The position numbers and the translations under genes are program-made. 64,000 nt of DNA from the IMG/VR virus record IMGVR_UViG_3300036770_007495, positions 1 to 64,000 of that record. The stretch is one strand, 5' to 3'. The notes under the pieces were generated by a model. That model searched no databases and had not been told where the DNA came from. It saw only the letters and a list, made by a program, of their open reading frames with translations. Of this stretch, positions 60,372-64,000 are shown one piece after another. Position 1 is the stretch's first letter. Every line of letters starts with the position of its first letter.

Positions 60372-61585
60372 TGAATCCCATTGTACAACTCGCCCTGGAA
60401 GCACTCAACACTGGTGATGTGCCCAAGAAATATTTTGATGCATCCAAGCAACAACTTGCAACTGGAGAGCATCCTGTGGAAGAAATTTTACCATCATCTG
60501 GTGAGCAGGATCGATTCATTGAGCAAATCACAAGCGAAGGATACAAGCTGGTGGTCACAAAGCTTGCATCTTATCTCAACATGCCCATTGCAGACATGAT
60601 GCGCAGATATCCAAATGCATATTCATTTTCTGCTGTTGTAATGCAGACATTGACTGAAGTGATGCAGTTGGAAGCTAACAACAAGCAAATGCTTGAGCAA
60701 CTTGCACTTGATGCTGTTTTTAAATTGCCTGAATTTGCACAATTCAAGAAGCTTCATGAAAGAGGCATTCTCAAGCTTGACATCAAACTTGGTCCGCCTG
60801 AACTGGGTAATGCCAAAACCAAAGATGACATTGAAGAGGAAATTGAAGAAGATCAGGAAAACATCATTGAAGAAATTGAACCTCTCATTGAAGACAACAC
60901 TGATGCCAAGCTCAAGAGAGTTCTTCACAATTACATCACACAAGGCAATGCTGTTCACAAGAGCTTTTTGTTCAACATGGTGAATGAAGAATTGGAGACC
61001 ATTGATGAAAAATTGCCGGTCAAATATGGTTTGATCATGTCCATTGTACACATGCTGTATTATGGAACACCTTACATGAGTGGATCAATTCTCAAAAGTC
61101 CTCAAGCTGGGTTGGGAAGTGCAGAAGCAGGTGCAGATGATACCATCATTGTGCGCGGCTTGGTATTTCCTGTGCTTGTGCACGAACTTGTCAAGGGATT
61201 GTTTGAATATCTTGGCAAAGACATCTCACCAGAAGGTGCTGAAGGAGAAACTCTTGAAGATGAATACATGCAACTCATGGCTGGTCCAGAGTTGTACAAA
61301 AAGCTCAATTCAATGATTCCAAACAACAAAATTGAATTGCTGCCCATCATTTATAGACTTCTCATGAAGCGTGATGTTGAAGAAATCAAACAAGTAATTG
61401 CACGTACACCTCAAGGCAGACAAGTCATTGATGAACTTGCAATTGAAGCTCAGCGCTTGGCCGATGAAATGGATCAAGAACCAGAAGATGATTTTGGTGG
61501 TGAAGAAGACTTCGACTTTGGCGGAGAAGATGAAGGTGATGATGGCGAAGGTGCTGATCCATACAACCTCTACAGCGGCTTCTAA
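60371..61585 (+). CDS. Conserved large-phage protein with acidic tail
   Basis: FPVLVHELVKGLFE; coupled to upstream ORF. Confidence 0.7.
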   Translation: MNPIVQLALEALNTGDVPKKYFDASKQQLATGEHPVEEILPSSGEQDRFIEQITSEGYKLVVTKLASYLNMPIADMMRRYPNAYSFSAVVMQTLTEVMQLEANNKQMLEQLALDAVFKLPEFAQFKKLHERGILKLDIKLGPPELGNAKTKDDIEEEIEEDQENIIEEIEPLIEDNTDAKLKRVLHNYITQGNAVHKSFLFNMVNEELETIDEKLPVKYGLIMSIVHMLYYGTPYMSGSILKSPQAGLGSAEAGADDTIIVRGLVFPVLVHELVKGLFEYLGKDISPEGAEGETLEDEYMQLMAGPELYKKLNSMIPNNKIELLPIIYRLLMKRDVEEIKQVIARTPQGRQVIDELAIEAQRLADEMDQEPEDDFGGEEDFDFGGEDEGDDGEGADPYNLYSGF

Positions 61586-61983
61586 AAAAGCAAAAAAAAG
61601 TTGTTGAATAACAGTTGAGTGTACATAAATAGACTGTACATTCAAAAAACATGAACGTTGATCTCACATGCAGCAAACCAATTAGCGAGGGGCACCAAGT
61701 GTCCGCGCTCGGTTGCATGTGGCCTGATTATCCGTCCTTGCAACGAAATCGATTTTCAAGATAATTGAAAAAAGAAGTTGAAGGAACAGAGATAGAGGGT
61801 ATTGTAGATACATAACAACAACGGTTCATGACGAGGGATGACCACAACAGCCCAAGAGTTCGCAGAATGCGACGTTCAGCCAAAAGCTGCCAGTGTAGTA
61901 AAGTATTGAAATGAAGCAAAGTGGGTTAGTAGTGCACAAGCACGAGGCTTCCCGGGTAGCCCCAAAAGCCACGATTTTCAAAA

Positions 61984-62058
61984 GGCTGCTTAGCTGAGAT
62001 AGATTAGCGTCTGCCTGAAGAGCAGAAAAGACTGGAGCGTTACCAGTAGCAGCCACCA
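61984..62058 (+). tRNA. tRNA-Phe(GAA), non-canonical T-loop
   Basis: Full cloverleaf, CT-GAA-GA, T-loop AGCGTTA, CCA. Confidence 0.85.
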
Positions 62059-62062
62059 TTTC

Positions 62063-62151
62063 GGGACCTGCCCCCATCAGCGGACTGTAAATCCGTTGCC
62101 ATTAATAAGATGGGAAGTTGGCAAGTGGTGCGTTACCACCAGGGCCCACCA
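62063..62151 (+). tRNA. tRNA-Tyr(GTA) lacking a D-arm
   Basis: GCGGA-CT-GTA-AA-TCCGT; long variable arm; T-loop TGCGTTA; ACCA. Confidence 0.75.
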
Positions 62152-62306
62152 TTTCAAGTTGGAGATGACGCGCTGTGTTGTCTTTAAAACGCTAACCAAC
62201 AAGAACAAACTAGTAATGCCGCTAGTATATACAAAGGCAGTCCTCATCACCTTATGGTGCTGATATGGCTTCTTTTTCCGTGAGCCCGTTAATCACGGAA
62301 TATTTT

Positions 62307-62397
62307 GGAGAGAGCCCGGCTAGACGAGGAGCAATCTTGGAAAGATTGTAACACTTCGAAAGAGGTGTTAAGGGTGCGAGTCCCTTTCTCTCCTCCA
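62307..62397 (+). tRNA. tRNA-Ser(GGA)
   Basis: CAATC-TT-GGA-AA-GATTG; long variable arm; T-loop TGCGAGT; CCA. Confidence 0.8.
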
Positions 62398-62403
62398 TTT
62401 TAT

Positions 62404-62493
62404 GGGCAGTTAACTAGACAAGCGCGCTGGGACCGACTTGAAATCGGATCGAGGTCGAAAGGCCTTGGGGTGCAAGCCCTCAGCTGCCCGCCA
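62404..62493 (+). tRNA. tRNA-Ser(TGA)
   Basis: CCGA-CT-TGA-AA-TCGG; long variable arm; T-loop TGCAAGC; GCCA. Confidence 0.82.
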
Positions 62494-62499
62494 TTTTAT

Positions 62500-62574
62500 G
62501 CGGATATAATTCAGTGGTAGAATATCTCGTTGCCAACGAGAGTGTCGTCGGTTCAAATCCGACTATCCGCTCCA
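62500..62574 (+). tRNA. tRNA-Gly(GCC)
   Basis: Canonical cloverleaf, TCCA. Confidence 0.95.
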
Positions 62575-62655
62575 ATTAACCGTAGTGGAGAATCTACGGC
62601 ATAACAAAATCTCTTAGATTGCAGAAACCTAACAAAACGCTGCGCCTATTTCAAA

Positions 62656-62732
62656 CGGGATGTAGCTCAGCCTGGTAGAGCGCTTGCTTTGGGAGCAAGA
62701 TGTCGTCGGTTCGAATCCGGCTATCCCGACCA
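62656..62732 (+). tRNA. tRNA-Pro(TGG)
   Basis: Canonical cloverleaf, ACCA. Confidence 0.95.
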
Positions 62733-62934
62733 ATTTTGCGGAGCAGAAATGCTAGTGTGCGGCCGAAAGACTGATGATGCGGCGTTTCGGGTAAAACCTC
62801 GCGATCATCTCGCAAATTTAGATGTGGGTGAAAGTCCCAGAAGCATCACAGATGCTTGTTCCACGACGGGCTCTAAAGACTTGAACTGACAAGTGCAAGG
62901 GTGAGTGTAAAGGTACTCCCCACAAATTTCAAAT

Positions 62935-63009
62935 GCGGTGTAGATGTTAATGGCTGCACACCTGACTTCCAATCAGAAGGAGGGGGTTCGATTCCCCCAC
63001 ACCGCACCA
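62935..63009 (+). tRNA. tRNA-Gly(TCC)
   Basis: CTGA-CT-TCC-AA-TCAG; TTCGATT; ACCA. Confidence 0.88.
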
Positions 63010-63013
63010 ATTT

Positions 63014-63234
63014 TATCAGAAGGAAGTTGGCTTAGAAGCAGCCATCTATAATGAGTGAAGCGAAGTACGAGTCTCCAACATCAACGGCCTAGTAAGGTGA
63101 CTGTGATAATGCATGATGTATCAGAGTCAGATATTGGCTCATGCGTTGGATATCGTCTGACTGCGGATAGTAAAAGAGCACCCCGTAAATGGTAAGGCTT
63201 AATTCTTCTTAGGCGTAACAGCACACCTCTGATA
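63014..63234 (+). ncRNA. 23S rRNA GTPase-associated-centre (H43/H44) mimic with internal insertion
   Basis: GTTGGCTTAGAAGCAGCCATC and GCGTAACAGCACAC match the L11-binding domain; closed by TATCAGA/TCTGATA. Confidence 0.75.
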
Positions 63235-63242
63235 TATTTTAA

Positions 63243-63336
63243 GGATCCATGACAGAGCCTGGTATTGTACGTCCCTGCTAAGGACAGGTCAGCCCCTAAA
63301 AAGGCTGCGTAGGTTCAAATCCTACTGGATCCGCCA
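63243..63336 (+). tRNA. tRNA-Ser(GCT)
   Basis: GTCC-CT-GCT-AA-GGAC; long variable arm; TTCAAAT; GCCA. Confidence 0.92.
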
Positions 63337-63374
63337 TTTTGTTGCTTTAAATCGTTCATGAGATAAATCACGTT

Positions 63375-63800
63375 ATGAATGAAATTGAACAACTTAAATC
63401 AGAGTTTGAAGAACTCAAAAATGCACAACAAGAAACAATCTTTGAAGACCACAACATTGTGGGTGATGCAGAATCATATGTTGGTTCATTGAACAGTGGT
63501 CTAAAAGAGCTAGTTAATCACTACGTGATGGATTATCTCATCATCATGAATGCGTTAAAGTTCATGACTGGCCCAGTTGCTTGCTATCAAGGCAAAGCAA
63601 TTGAGGCACAAACAATCAAGTTTGAAACAATGAAAGAGTTGAGAGACTTTCTCAAAGACAAACAATATTTGCTGTATGTAATTGTTGCACATGCAAGTGT
63701 TACATATGAAGAAGTGGAATGGACTAAAACAATGGCACCTAATGCTAAAACAATTGGTGCAAAAATTTCATACCTCTTTAGAGGTCATATTCTAGAGTAA
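63375..63800 (+). CDS. Hypothetical protein
   Basis: 141-aa ORF within tRNA cluster. Confidence 0.6.
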   Translation: MNEIEQLKSEFEELKNAQQETIFEDHNIVGDAESYVGSLNSGLKELVNHYVMDYLIIMNALKFMTGPVACYQGKAIEAQTIKFETMKELRDFLKDKQYLLYVIVAHASVTYEEVEWTKTMAPNAKTIGAKISYLFRGHILE

Positions 63801-63808
63801 TTTCAATT

Positions 63809-63885
63809 CGGGTGGTGTCTGGACAAGTAAACGAACTCGGTTTGGAGTCGAGTAAATGTGGGAGCGTTACCCACTCACCCGACCA
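63809..63885 (+). tRNA. Second, divergent tRNA-Pro(TGG)
   Basis: CGGGTGG/TCACCCG-ACCA; TT-TGG-AG loop (A37); T-loop AGCGTTA. Confidence 0.75.
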
Positions 63886-63889
63886 ATTT

Positions 63890-64000
63890 ATGAGTACAAA
63901 GCATCAAGGGGATATCTCTGAAGCTTATGCAATAGCAAAATTCTTAGAGTTAGGATTTGTAGTAGCAAAGCCAGTAGGAGACAATCAGAGATATGATCTT
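63890..64000 (+). CDS. PD-(D/E)XK homing endonuclease, I-Ssp6803I-like (partial)
   Basis: MSTKHQGDISEAYAIAKFLELGFVVAKPVGDNQRYDL resembles the N-terminus of this family. Confidence 0.75.
   Translation, partial: MSTKHQGDISEAYAIAKFLELGFVVAKPVGDNQRYDL

Noticed and set aside
62760-62800. Hammerhead ribozyme (CTGATGA near GAAA)
   Set aside because: Could not build stems II/III with GAAA and a cleavage triplet in the required order.
62820-62900. RNase P RNA or group II intron (GAAAGTCC, GTGCG)
   Set aside because: Too short; no P4 3' strand or domain V found.
63014-63234. True rRNA gene or host contamination
   Set aside because: Similarity is limited to H43/H44, split by an insert and embedded between phage tRNAs.

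Overview
A 64-kb segment of a large (probably jumbo, T4-like transcription logic) lytic dsDNA bacteriophage. No capsid, tail or DNA polymerase genes were recognised here. Layout: 1-7.4 kb (minus strand) has thyX, an HNH nuclease, a frameshifted polynucleotide kinase/phosphatase and a lysis cassette (amidase, holin, spanin-like pair). 7.5-36.5 kb (plus) holds early genes behind sigma70-like, mostly leaderless promoters: RadA-like ATPase, DNA ligase, two RNA ligases, a PRS-like + NAMPT-like NAD module, SPFH protein, (p)ppGpp-hydrolase-like HD protein, ECF sigma factor and many small ORFs, plus tRNAs, one split by a group I intron. 36.5-39.5 kb and 50.7-61.6 kb hold TAAATA-promoter (late) genes resembling head-packaged internal proteins, plus a tmRNA. 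40-50.4 kb has single-gene promoter/terminator cassettes and repeats ending in a strongly C-depleted, G-rich tract. 61.8-64 kb is a tRNA/ncRNA cluster. Most striking: (1) a free-standing RNA reproducing the 23S rRNA L11/L10-binding GTPase-associated centre with a ~156-nt insertion; (2) a 109-codon gene, with its promoter, containing no cytosine on the coding strand; (3) re-engineered tRNAs and tRNA-like RNAs (co-varying D/T-loop elbow, D-armless tRNA-Tyr, anticodon-less tRNA-like family); (4) a cryptic Tat signal behind a putative prohead-protease site; (5) a 34-aa tmRNA tag. All calls are by eye from motifs; no database searches were run.
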